Positions 9,061 through 20,429 are shown, counted from the first letter of the stretch. The stretch is 49,335 nucleotides of DNA from Candidatus Yanofskybacteria bacterium RIFCSPLOWO2_01_FULL_49_17 (GCA_001795695.1 MGKO01000008.1:1825-51159); one strand, 5' to 3'. Notes: generated from the sequence alone by a model not told the origin. Numbers and translations are program-made.

Positions 9061-9390
9061 ATGGCCAATGCCGGTATCAAGGAACGTTCTTTCGGAAGGT
9101 TGCTCGGTATCGTCGCTCTTTTCATGCTTGCGTTCTCGGCTGCACGACAGGAATTCTGCTTTTTGGCGGTTGTCATCTCGGCAATCGCTGGAGGAACTGG
9201 AGCAATCTGGGTTTCGCACCGCTGTCAGGCGTGCGGCGCGTTTCGAACCAAGGTCGTTCAGGAGTGCGTCCCCGCAACCATCTATGCTCCAACTTCTTGG
9301 AGCCGTCGCGTTCACTGCTTCGCATGTGATTCCGACAATCCGCTTCCGACGAGATGGGACAGGGATGGCTTTCAGACCCCACTTCTGTGA
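9061..9390 (+). CDS. hypothetical small membrane protein with CxxC..CxxC motif
   Basis: ATG 9061 is preceded by GGGAGG 4 nt upstream. Two hydrophobic segments are followed by HRCQACG...HCFACD. The region is visibly G+C-richer than its flanks, so long ORFs occur in several frames (uncertain). Confidence 0.45.
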   Translation: MANAGIKERSFGRLLGIVALFMLAFSAARQEFCFLAVVISAIAGGTGAIWVSHRCQACGAFRTKVVQECVPATIYAPTSWSRRVHCFACDSDNPLPTRWDRDGFQTPLL

Positions 9391-9403
9391 CACGGCCCGC
9401 ATG

Positions 9404-9452
9404 GAGCCCGCGCGTTTATTTACCCCCGCTCCGCGCGGGCTCTTGTTTTATT
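9404..9452 (+). terminator. terminator hairpin
   Basis: GAGCCCGCGCG (9404-9414) / CGCGCGGGCTC (9432-9442) followed by TTGTTTTATTT. Confidence 0.55.
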
Positions 9453-10689
9453 TGAGTATGTCCACTGCTTTCTGGAGTTGTGGGTCCTTGGCCGGGTCGC
9501 CGATAGTCAGTTCCTCCTTTTCTTTATCGGACAATTCTACTTTGACATCGGGGGTGATGCCGGATTCGGAGATATTGACGCCGGCTGGTGTGAACCATCT
9601 AGCGACGGTTATCTTCAGCGACGCTCCATTTGATAGATTCTCCAGTTCCTGGACCGAACCTTTGCCGAAAGTTTTCTCTCCCACAATGCGAGTCCGGTTA
9701 TTGTCGTGCAATGCGCCGGCCAATATCTCCGAGGCGGAGGCCGAACCGTTGTTGACCAGAATGACCGCTGGATATTTTTTAAGCTGGCTTTGGCCGTCGG
9801 AGGTGAAATCGTTCTTGGCTCCGTTGCCGAAGACCTCGCTGACCACGAGCTTGCCGCTGTCCACGAAATAACCGGCCAAGTTGATGGCAGAATCAAGTAA
9901 TCCTCCCGGGTTATTGCGCAGGTCAATGATGAGCGAATCGGCGTCAGATTCCAGTATCTCTTCGGAGGCCTTTTTGAAGTCCGCCTCCACGTTCTGGGTG
10001 AATCCGTATATCTGGACATAAGCGATATTTTGCGCTCCGCCGGTTGGCGGACTTTCCAGCATCTTCCAGTCAACGGCCGGGACTTTGATGATCTCGCGGG
10101 TCAAGGTTATGTCTCTGGTATCGCCATCGTCCGGCGGGGCGATGGTAAGAGTAACCCTAGTGCCGGGCCGGCCTCGTATCAAGGTCACAGCCTCCTCTAA
10201 CGACATGCCGGCGGTGGACTTGGCATCTATTTTCATTATCCGCTCCCCGGCCTTGATGCCGGCCCTGGCGGCAGGCGTGTCTTTAATTGGAGCGATTACG
10301 GTGATAATGTTGTTCTTCAAGCCAAGCTCCATGCCCACCCCACCGAAGGCGCCGGATATCTCCTCTTGGAACTTCTTATTGGTGCTTGGTTCAAAGAAGA
10401 CCGTATATGGGTCGCCGACCGCGTCAACCATGCCGTCAATGGCCCCGTAGACCATTTTTTGATAGTCAAGTTTACCTTGGTCCACGTATTTGGCCTCAAG
10501 AAACTGCCAGGCCTTCCAGAAATCCGAGAAATCAATCTTTTTGACCTTACCTTCGTCCTGGTTGATGAGCTCTTGAGGAATGTTCTTAAGGCGGCCGGCT
10601 TGTTCCTTGGAATAAAAAATACCTCCGGCAAAACCGGCTGCGATAGAAACTATTATCAGTATTGGAAGTAGCTTTTTACCTAAAGCCAT
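9448..10689 (-). CDS. carboxy-terminal processing protease (S41 family, PDZ domain)
   Basis: 413-aa ORF with an N-terminal TM, a PDZ-like region (GIKAGERIMKID) and an S41 core (ILVNNGSASASEILAGAL, GEKTFGKGSVQ). Confidence 0.9.
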   Translation of the reverse strand: MALGKKLLPILIIVSIAAGFAGGIFYSKEQAGRLKNIPQELINQDEGKVKKIDFSDFWKAWQFLEAKYVDQGKLDYQKMVYGAIDGMVDAVGDPYTVFFEPSTNKKFQEEISGAFGGVGMELGLKNNIITVIAPIKDTPAARAGIKAGERIMKIDAKSTAGMSLEEAVTLIRGRPGTRVTLTIAPPDDGDTRDITLTREIIKVPAVDWKMLESPPTGGAQNIAYVQIYGFTQNVEADFKKASEEILESDADSLIIDLRNNPGGLLDSAINLAGYFVDSGKLVVSEVFGNGAKNDFTSDGQSQLKKYPAVILVNNGSASASEILAGALHDNNRTRIVGEKTFGKGSVQELENLSNGASLKITVARWFTPAGVNISESGITPDVKVELSDKEKEELTIGDPAKDPQLQKAVDILK

Positions 10690-11467
10690 ATTTCTTGAGA
10701 TATTTTAGATAATCAAAAATATGTTGTCTGGTCTGGACGTTGAACAAGGAGTCCAACATCCCGAAACGTCCTCTGGAGTGGCGATGATGATAGTGATACA
10801 TCCGGGCCGTCGGATAATAAACGACCTGGTATCCATTTTCCCAAAACCTTCTCGGCCAGTCAACGTCGCTCATGTATAAGAACAGTTTCTTGTCCATCGG
10901 CCCGACTTTCTTAGCCGCCGCCATTGAACCCATCAAGGCCGAACCGCTTAGCCAATCGGCCGGGCATGGCCGGGTCAGGTCCTTATCTTGCATTTTGAAC
11001 CGCTCTATCGCCTTTCGGCCAAAGGGCAGAATGCCCAGAGGCGTTCGTCTATATACGATGTCCAGAGGACTGTAATATCTGAAGCAGGATTGCTGAATTG
11101 AACCGTCAAGATTCAATAGTTGAGGGCCGATAAGACCGATCTCGGGGTGGTGTTTCAAATGGCCGTACATATTCTCTATGCTATCCGGAAGAGGCGTTAT
11201 ATCGCTGTTCATTATAAAGAAAGCGTCACCTTTCGCGGCCATGACCCCTTCATTGACCAGCCGGGTATAACCGACGTTCTCTTTAAAGGGGATATACCGT
11301 ATCCCCGCGAACTCCTCGGTCGCCACATTGCCACTCTCCACGCTCGCTTCCGAATCGGCCACGATGATCTCATGATCAAAATCCGGCCTCAACGTCCGTT
11401 TTAAGGTCTTTAAGCACAAGCGCAACAACTCCGGCTGCTTATAATTGACAATTATGATAGAAAGCAT
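10676..11467 (-). CDS. glycosyltransferase family 2
   Basis: LSIIIVNYKQPELLRLCLKTL.. N-terminus with a DxD-like ADSE/NSD region, typical of a GT2 rhamnosyltransferase-like fold. Confidence 0.85.
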   Translation of the reverse strand: MLSIIIVNYKQPELLRLCLKTLKRTLRPDFDHEIIVADSEASVESGNVATEEFAGIRYIPFKENVGYTRLVNEGVMAAKGDAFFIMNSDITPLPDSIENMYGHLKHHPEIGLIGPQLLNLDGSIQQSCFRYYSPLDIVYRRTPLGILPFGRKAIERFKMQDKDLTRPCPADWLSGSALMGSMAAAKKVGPMDKKLFLYMSDVDWPRRFWENGYQVVYYPTARMYHYHHRHSRGRFGMLDSLFNVQTRQHIFDYLKYLKKYGFR

Positions 11468-11491
11468 AAATTCGGATTTCGTGCTTCGGAT

Positions 11492-12505
11492 TTATTTTGA
11501 CGGGACAGGTGTCGGCAATGGTCCGCCATAGAGAATGTTCTGGAAAAACTGCTTGATGCCGTCAAAGTTGCCGCCGTAAGGGAGGAGGATGTAGAGGCCG
11601 GCGGAGTTCTTAGCGTCGTATAGAAGATTATTATTGGTTATCACAAAACGGTTTATCTTGCTGAAGTCAACGGCGCTTGCCAATTCCAGGAACTGATTGA
11701 TGTCAAAGACCCCGATATCGGTGGAGATGTCTTTCCGTATCATGTTGAAGATATTGAACGTCTTCACTGGCTCGTTCAAAAGGTCCAAGGCCAGTAATTT
11801 GTCTTTGATGGCGAAGATTATCTGCTGTTGGCGCTGGGAGCGGTCAAAATCACTGGATGAATATCGGGAGCGGGCGTAGTAAAGCGCATCCTGCCCGCTA
11901 AGATGGTTGGGCCCGGCCGGCAGATGGAACTCATAACCCCATTGCTGGGCTTCGGTGAATGGTTTAGCCAGAGTGATGTCAATTCCGCCGAGTGAGTCAA
12001 TTATCTCCTGAAATGACGAGAAGTTGAGGACGACGACCTTGTCTATATATACGCCCGTGATCTGGGAAAACTTATTTTTGACGAAAGTCAGCGGGTCGGA
12101 TGAGTGATAGTATCCGTACTCATAGACCACATTCACCTTATCGGTCTTTTTATCACTGATTATGACCTCTAAGTCGCGCGGGACAGAGACCAAAGAAGCG
12201 GAGCCGGTCTTTTTGTCGTAACTCAATATCTCAATGGAATCGGTCAGAAGAGGTCCGCTGTCCTGGGCATCGGGGTCATCCATGCCCCGCGCGCCTAGGA
12301 TGAGCACGTCCAGCCGGTCGGATTCTTTTCGGGGCATGATGTAATTGTCATCCGGCGTCGGGGCCGGCGCGGTGATCCTGTTCCATAATCCTCTGTTCTC
12401 CACTCCGATTGCGTTCTTCAGCGAGGCCAGCCAGGCAACCGCAACAACGCCGGCCAATACAAAGCCGACCTTGAAAAGTCGTTTTTTATTATTTGAAAAA
12501 TCCAT
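11492..12505 (-). CDS. LytR-CpsA-Psr (LCP) family glycopolymer ligase
   Basis: N-terminal TM plus an LCP core (LILGARGMD..LTDSIEILSYD..SLVSVPRDL..YARSRY). Confidence 0.85.
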   Translation of the reverse strand: MDFSNNKKRLFKVGFVLAGVVAVAWLASLKNAIGVENRGLWNRITAPAPTPDDNYIMPRKESDRLDVLILGARGMDDPDAQDSGPLLTDSIEILSYDKKTGSASLVSVPRDLEVIISDKKTDKVNVVYEYGYYHSSDPLTFVKNKFSQITGVYIDKVVVLNFSSFQEIIDSLGGIDITLAKPFTEAQQWGYEFHLPAGPNHLSGQDALYYARSRYSSSDFDRSQRQQQIIFAIKDKLLALDLLNEPVKTFNIFNMIRKDISTDIGVFDINQFLELASAVDFSKINRFVITNNNLLYDAKNSAGLYILLPYGGNFDGIKQFFQNILYGGPLPTPVPSK

Positions 12506-13553
12506 GAATAGCTGAAGGGGACGTTTTGGCGGATAAAAGTATCGCTCGTCTTTTTTTGAGCATTTTCGGCAGACCCTTGATGAAGACGGGTAGTTCTTTC
12601 AGGACGGCGGGTTCAAACAATATCGCATATCCGAGCACCTCCACCTCGCGCCAAAGTATATACGGGAGGTCCTTCAGGATGTTAATTATATAGTCATTCT
12701 TGACTCTCGTCCAGCGGGTATTGCGCCATTCCAAGCGGCGTTTTCTGATGGGCAGTTGTCTGCGAATGTTCACTCTCGGAATGTATTGCCACCAGTAGCC
12801 ATGGGTATGGCTTTTGGTGGTGCCGCGATCATGCCAAGCGATGACGGACGGCTCATAGACCTGTTTCCAGCCGGCTAAGTGGACGCGCCAGGCCACATCT
12901 AGGTCTTCCCCGTACCAAAAAATGTCTTTATCCGCGATTTCGCCGGAAACACGAATACTTTCCAGCGCTTCACGTCTGAATACTGGCACCGCGCCTTCAA
13001 CTCCGAATATCTCACGCGGTTCATTGAATTGCCCGGTATCTTTTTCACCGTGGCCGATATTTGATATCCGACGCGAGCGGTGAATCAGGAATCCGGTCGT
13101 ATCGATTATCTTTTGTTCCAGTTTCACATGGTCGCCGATGTCATACTGATATATCTTTGCCTGAAGAGCGCCAATATTTTTACCCGCCTCCATGACCGCA
13201 GTGGCATTCTTTATGAAATCCCTGTCCAAAATAACGTCAACGGAAAGAAAAACAACATATTCGCTGTTTGAATGTCTCAAAAGTTCTTCCTGGCCAGGCC
13301 ACATACCAAGATTAACTTTACTTTTAGTAAAGTTAATCTTGGTAAACCCTAAATCCGAAGCACGAAGCACGAAATCCTGAATTATTTTTTTTGTACCGTC
13401 AGTTGAGCCATTGTCCAGAATATTCAGTTCCATCTCTAATTCGCGCGAATTAGAGATGATGGATTGATTCAAGACCGATTCCAAGCAATGAGAAATATAT
13501 TTCTCTCCGTTCAGAACGACTAGATTTACAGAGATTTTATTCATATCATTCAT
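12489..13553 (-). CDS. glycosyltransferase family 2
   Basis: ISVNLVVLNGEKYISHCLESVLNQS.. is a GT2 N-terminus. Its start ATG overlaps the upstream stop as ATGA. Confidence 0.85.
   Translation of the reverse strand: MNDMNKISVNLVVLNGEKYISHCLESVLNQSIISNSRELEMELNILDNGSTDGTKKIIQDFVLRASDLGFTKINFTKSKVNLGMWPGQEELLRHSNSEYVVFLSVDVILDRDFIKNATAVMEAGKNIGALQAKIYQYDIGDHVKLEQKIIDTTGFLIHRSRRISNIGHGEKDTGQFNEPREIFGVEGAVPVFRREALESIRVSGEIADKDIFWYGEDLDVAWRVHLAGWKQVYEPSVIAWHDRGTTKSHTHGYWWQYIPRVNIRRQLPIRKRRLEWRNTRWTRVKNDYIINILKDLPYILWREVEVLGYAILFEPAVLKELPVFIKGLPKMLKKRRAILLSAKTSPSAIHGFFK
13431..13458. repeat. 28-bp perfect palindrome CATCTCTAATTCGCGCGAATTAGAGATG inside the GT2 CDS
   Basis: Read directly. It encodes ISNSRELEM in the gene frame; the core TCTAATTCGCGCGAATTAGA is shared with 13568-13607 and 17661-17690. 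Confidence 0.9.
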
Positions 13554-15078
13554 CTATTTCCCTCATCCCTCCTCTTCTCTAATTCGTGCGAATTAGAGAA
13601 GAGGAGGCCGAAAGTAACCGTGAACAAGAGCAAGGCCCGCTCGTCAAATATCGCCACATCGGTCATTAAATAGGCCAACACCCAGGGAATAGTTATAAGC
13701 AATGCTCCCGCGTACACCTCTTTGATAGTACCCTTTGTTTCTATAAAATTGTGGTATAACTTGCGAATGATAAGCCAAATTAGATATAAAAGAGCCAAAA
13801 AAGCAAACATGCCCGTTTCAGCCGCTATTTGGACGTAAAGATTGTGAGCTGATGAGCCAGCCCGGGCCAGTTTTATATCCTGACCCAACACGACCGGGAA
13901 ATTGCCTATACCGACGCCCAGCAGCGGTTTCTGTCTGATAGATTCCCATGAGGCCTTCCAGATGGCGATACGGGCGGCATTGGACGTCTCGCCGAGGTCA
14001 AGCACTGAACGCAAACGGCGCTGGAGAAGAAGGGCGTCCGGCTTTGACAGCAAAAACTGGGGTGAAGCGGCTATCGGATAAGCAACACCGAACAATAATA
14101 TGAACAGCCCAAGGTAAGCGGCAATACCCGAAAAAACCCTCTTTCTATCCTGGGGTGTTTTTTTATATTTTAAGAATAATAATATCAGCAAACTCCACAA
14201 AATGGCTCCGGCGCCGGCCAACCACATCCCGCGCGTCCCAGACAGAATTACCATCAAAAATAATAGGCCGACAGAAAGCGCCTTTGCTCGAACTGACCTG
14301 AATATAGCGAATACAGCCGGCAAGCCAAGCAATAGGAATATAGGAAAGGAGTGGGAATCAGGAAAAAGCGAGAATACTCTCAAAGAAAGCTGGTCTCCGT
14401 AATAGGCAAACCAGGTATTGCCGACGTGGGTTGCGATGTAGGACCACTGTTCGCCGAATTGTCTTAACTGTATCCCCTCGCCCCAGACCCTCATGAATTG
14501 GTAAATATCCATAAGATAAGTAGAGATGACCTGAACCACGCCGACCAGGGCCACTATTAAAGTCGGAATGGCGATGTTTTTGATCAATCGTTCGGAAAAT
14601 TCTTTAGTTTTTGACAGATACCAAATGACGACCCCCGTCAAAGACGCGTTTAGAAAATAGATTATTCTTTTTATCGCGATTATCTTATCGTCCGCCGCAA
14701 AAACAGATAGGCAAGCCAGCGCTAATAGTATTATGAATGGCACTGAAACTTTTCCATATAAATTAACTTTATATTTTGATATTTGTGCCTTGAGATCATT
14801 TAAAAATTTAAAATTAAAAATTAAAAATTTAAGGAATAAGATTCCTGAAAATATTCTCCATTGATTGAAATTGTCAAAAGTGGCAGTCAGCGGGATGGCT
14901 ATAAAAAGCGGTATACACCGCACGAAAAATATCAGGCCGTCCTCTAGTGGAGCTATGATGAGATATAGGGCGAGAGCGATGGTTTCATATAACACAAGCG
15001 AACGCGGCAAAACATCGCTTACGACCAAACCAAAAAAAATCAGGTGTAGAGCAAATGCGATGTTAAGTTTGGATATTT

Positions 15079-15082
<4 letters not shown>
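13550..15082 (-). CDS. O-antigen ligase / Wzy-like polytopic membrane protein
   Basis: More than 10 hydrophobic helices and a Wzy_C-like loop (LSGTRGMWLAGAGAILW). I start at ATG 15082, which forms an ATGA overlap with the upstream stop; the ORF track extends to 15133. Confidence 0.75.
13568..13607. repeat. 40-bp palindrome CCTCCTCTTCTCTAATTCG-TG-CGAATTAGAGAAGAGGAGG in the last codons of the Wzy-like CDS
   Basis: Read directly. It encodes ..FSNSHELEKRR.. and ends 15 nt upstream of the next gene's ATG (13553). Confidence 0.9.
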
Positions 15083-17115
<2,033 letters not shown>

Positions 17116-17150
17116 CCGCTTATCCTATCAAAAAATGCCGGTTTTTTCAA

Positions 17151-17180
17151 CCTAAAACCGACGTTACAGTCGGTTTTAGG
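17151..17180 (-). terminator. terminator hairpin overlapping the GT4 stop codon
   Basis: CCTAAAACCGAC (17151-17162) / GTCGGTTTTAGG (17169-17180), followed on the minus strand by an A/T-rich tail. Confidence 0.5.
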
Positions 17181-18291
17181 CAACTAGTTTTGAAATTGCC
17201 TCGCGGAACTTATTAGATGAGAATTTGGCGGCATGGGATTTTATAATTTCAGAATTGTATGTGGGATAATTCTCATTGAGACGGCGAACAGCGTCATCCA
17301 GGCCTTCCGGTATCGGGTCGTCAAAGAATTCGCCGGTCATGCCTTCTACAACGGTTTCGGTCGCTCCGCCTTTTCGCAGAGCGATGATTGGTTTGCCGTA
17401 AGACATGGCCTCAACGGCAGTAAGGCCGAAATCCTCCTCTTGAGGCATTATAAAGGCCCTGCAGGCAGCGTAATACGCCGAAACAGAGACATCATCCAGT
17501 CCGCCGAGGAATGTTATGTTCTTGCCCGCCATATGCTGAAGTTTTTTGCGCTCCGGCCCATCGCCGATAATAACTAGTGGGTAGCCGATCTTATTGAACG
17601 CCTCAATCGCAATGCCCACATTCTTATGTGGAAAAAGGCGGGAAACAATCAAATAATACTCCTCCTCTAATTCGCGCGAATTAGAGGAGGAAGGTTTTGG
17701 TACAGATTTATTTATTGTGACTGGTGGATATACTATTCGACTGTCGCGCCTGTAGTATTTTTTTATCCTGTCAGCGACGGTCTGGGATATAGCCACGAAC
17801 TCCGTCGGCCGCTCGGCGGCTGATCTGTCCCAGAGCCGCAGGAGATGCTTCCCTACGGAATTTTTAAAACCCAAAGACCAAAATCCAAAATATTGTGCTC
17901 TGGACCCTGTGTTTTGTACTTTAGCGTTCAGGTCCCAGATCTGGCGGGTCGGGCTGTAGCAGTAACAGATATGCCTGGTGGTCGGACGCAAAACCAGTCC
18001 TTTTGAAAAAATAACCGACGATGACAGCACAATATCAAAATCAGACAGATCCAATGACTCGATGGCGGCCGGCATGAGTGCGGCTGCTAGCCGATAGTAC
18101 TTGACCACTAACGGAAATTTCTGCAGAAAACTTGCGCGGATATCAGCACCAGGTAAGATCTGTCTGGTAAATTTTTCATCATAAAAAAGCGTATAGATGG
18201 GCGCCTGCGGGTATATTTTATGCAGCTCAACCAAAACCCTTTCTGCTCCGCTCATATCCCTTATCCAATCATGGACCAATGCCAACTTCAT
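17176..18291 (-). CDS. glycosyltransferase family 4 (GT-B)
   Basis: MKLALVHDWIRDMSGAERV.. N-terminus and the EDFGLTAVEAMSYGKPIIA EX7E motif. Confidence 0.85.
   Translation of the reverse strand: MKLALVHDWIRDMSGAERVLVELHKIYPQAPIYTLFYDEKFTRQILPGADIRASFLQKFPLVVKYYRLAAALMPAAIESLDLSDFDIVLSSSVIFSKGLVLRPTTRHICYCYSPTRQIWDLNAKVQNTGSRAQYFGFWSLGFKNSVGKHLLRLWDRSAAERPTEFVAISQTVADRIKKYYRRDSRIVYPPVTINKSVPKPSSSNSRELEEEYYLIVSRLFPHKNVGIAIEAFNKIGYPLVIIGDGPERKKLQHMAGKNITFLGGLDDVSVSAYYAACRAFIMPQEEDFGLTAVEAMSYGKPIIALRKGGATETVVEGMTGEFFDDPIPEGLDDAVRRLNENYPTYNSEIIKSHAAKFSSNKFREAISKLVA
17661..17690. repeat. 30-bp perfect palindrome CCTCCTCTAATTCGCGCGAATTAGAGGAGG inside the GT4 CDS
   Basis: Read directly. It encodes SSSNSRELEEE in the gene frame. 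Confidence 0.9.
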
Positions 18292-18327
18292 CGCAGAAAT
18301 ATAGCATTTTTGTGCTTTTTTGGCTAG

Positions 18328-19350
18328 TTATCTCTTGGCCATTACGTTCTTTTTGTAGGCATCCAGATTTTCCAAAACTATGCCGGTACCGCGGGCAACG
18401 CAGAAAAGCGGGTCGTCGGCGATGCGGGCCGGCACGCCGGTTATCTTGGTGATGAAAGCGTCAATATTTTTCAATAGCGCTCCTCCGCCGGAGATGATGA
18501 TGCCTTTGTCCATGATATCGGAGCAAAGCTCGGGCGGAGTGACCTCTAGCACGCCTTTGATTATCTGGACTATCTCGCGAAGCTGTTCGTGCATGGCGTC
18601 GGTTATCTCGTTTGATCCCACTTCAATGGTCTTCGGATAACCGCTGGCCAGATCGCGACCGCGGATGCTTATCTTTTCCTCCGTTGTTTGCTTCATGGCG
18701 CTGCCGATGTTTATCTTGATTAGTTCGGCTGTGCGCTCGCCGATAGCCAGTCCGTGCTTTTTTTTGATGTAGTCAACGATGGCCAGGTCAAGCTTGTTCC
18801 CGCCGACGCGGACCGATTGGGCGCTGACGATGCCGCCGAGGGAGATGACGGCCAGTTCCGTGGTACCTCCCCCGATGTTAAGTATAATATTGCCTGACGG
18901 GCTGTTGATGGGTATCTTGGCGCCGATGGCGGCCAGGACCGGCTCTTTGACTAGGTACACGGCCTTGGCTCCGGCCGCCAGAGCCGCCTCTATCACTGCC
19001 CGGCGTTCAGTGGAGGTGATGCCCGCCGGCACTGAAATAAGCACTTCCGGTTTCATGAACGACAGAAAACCGCCTGCTTTTTTGATGAAGTATTTGAGCA
19101 TCGCGCCGGTGACGCGATAGTCCGCGATCGCCCCGTCCACCAGCGGACGGGAGACGACGATGCTTTCCGGCGTCCGGCCTATCATTTCCTTGGCGCCGTT
19201 GCCGACTGAAAGTATCTTATTGTCCAGGACAGAGATGGCGACAACCGACGGCTCATTGATAACTATCCCCTTTTGAGGAATAAAAACGACCGTATTGGTA
19301 GTGCCTAGATCAATTCCTATGTTTCTCATTTTATAACTTGCTGACCGCAC
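18328..19350 (-). CDS. mreB: rod-shape determining actin homolog MreB
   Basis: IGIDLGTTNT, GGGTTELAVISLGG and IIISGGGALL motifs. The GTG start at 19350 has AAGGAGG 5-6 nt upstream. Confidence 0.9.
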   Translation of the reverse strand: MRSASYKMRNIGIDLGTTNTVVFIPQKGIVINEPSVVAISVLDNKILSVGNGAKEMIGRTPESIVVSRPLVDGAIADYRVTGAMLKYFIKKAGGFLSFMKPEVLISVPAGITSTERRAVIEAALAAGAKAVYLVKEPVLAAIGAKIPINSPSGNIILNIGGGTTELAVISLGGIVSAQSVRVGGNKLDLAIVDYIKKKHGLAIGERTAELIKINIGSAMKQTTEEKISIRGRDLASGYPKTIEVGSNEITDAMHEQLREIVQIIKGVLEVTPPELCSDIMDKGIIISGGGALLKNIDAFITKITGVPARIADDPLFCVARGTGIVLENLDAYKKNVMAKR

Positions 19351-19504
19351 GGCTTCCCTCCTTAGGTCGGGATCAAGCCGGCTCTTGTCCGAGCTCCTTC
19401 GTTAAAAGCTCCGCTTGCTCCTCAATGTATGTCTATACATATCGTCGCAACCCTCGCTTTTGCCTCGGATTCGGACAAGTCAGCTGCGTTCTAATCACCG
19501 CCAT

Positions 19505-19533
19505 ATTATATTCTATAAATCAAATAGTCGCAA
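19505..19533 (-). promoter_or_regulatory. sigma70-like promoter for the mreB leader (TTGCGA-17-TATAAT)
   Basis: On the minus strand the -35 TTGCGA lies at 19533-19528, then a 17-nt spacer, then the -10 TATAAT at 19510-19505. This implies a ~145-nt 5' UTR. Confidence 0.45.
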
Positions 19534-19583
19534 GACAATTAAATGCTAGAAAGTAACCCAACATTATGCTATAACAATTTCCT

Positions 19584-20429
19584 ATGACCAGAAATGCTCG
19601 GCGGGCCATCTTTTTTCTGGCGACAATTATTTTTCTGGCCGTGGGCTACACGGCCATTCTCTATGCCCAAGGATACCGATATGACTTTGTCCAAGCCCGC
19701 TTTTCCCGCACCGGAGCCGTTTCTCTGCGAGCCAATACCCAGGCCAACGTCTTCGTGGACGGCGTTAAGAAAGACACCACCTCATTCATAACCAATTCAG
19801 CTAGTGTCAGTGGGCTCCTGCCCGGCGTTTACACGGTCAAAGTCCAAAAAGACGACTACTCAAAATGGCAAAAGAAAGTCACTGTCCAAGAGGGCTACGT
19901 TCAGGATTTTCCGCACGTAATTCTGCTTCCCATGGCCGGCACTGACCGCGAGAATGTGATGGGGGAAATAAAGGAATTGCTGTATCCGGCGGTTCCGTCT
20001 CCGAAGCCAACTGTCACTCCGATTCCGACTGTCACCAAAACACCAAGACCGTCACCAACCCCAGCACCGACACCGGACATCACAGGGCCGTACTACATCG
20101 ATAAAAAGACATTGTTCATCAATTCCCCGGATGGACCGATATCCGTCGCCACAGGCGTGAGCGATGCGTTCCGCTCACCGGACGGCCAGAAACTTATCTG
20201 GTTTGTCGGCAATCAAGTGTGGCTCTATTGGCTGAATGACCAGAACGAACAACCGTTCCATAAGGCCGGCGACATCGCCGTAATAGGCCGTTTCAGCCAG
20301 CCGATCAAAGCCATCTCCTGGTTCAGGGGCAATGCTCATATAGCCGTGGATGCGGACCTGCCCGGCCAGGGCACTTTCAAAGTGATAGAAATAGACACCC
20401 GCGGCGGGCAGAATATCATCTCGTTATAA
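19584..20429 (+). CDS. membrane-anchored PEGA-domain protein with PT-rich linker
   Basis: N-terminal TM; a PEGA-like beta domain (ANVFVDGVKKDTT..LPGVYTVKVQKDDYSKWQKKVTV); a PSPKPTVTPIPTVTKTPRPSPTPAPTP linker. Confidence 0.7.
   Translation: MTRNARRAIFFLATIIFLAVGYTAILYAQGYRYDFVQARFSRTGAVSLRANTQANVFVDGVKKDTTSFITNSASVSGLLPGVYTVKVQKDDYSKWQKKVTVQEGYVQDFPHVILLPMAGTDRENVMGEIKELLYPAVPSPKPTVTPIPTVTKTPRPSPTPAPTPDITGPYYIDKKTLFINSPDGPISVATGVSDAFRSPDGQKLIWFVGNQVWLYWLNDQNEQPFHKAGDIAVIGRFSQPIKAISWFRGNAHIAVDADLPGQGTFKVIEIDTRGGQNIISL

Noticed and set aside
9068-9871. 267-aa plus-strand ORF, plus the 122-aa minus-strand ORF 9034-9402.
   Set aside because: The 267-aa ORF runs antisense through the well-supported S41 protease gene and across a strong terminator hairpin. 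It is low-complexity Ser/Arg/Ala-rich with no RBS. Both are shadow ORFs caused by locally high G+C.
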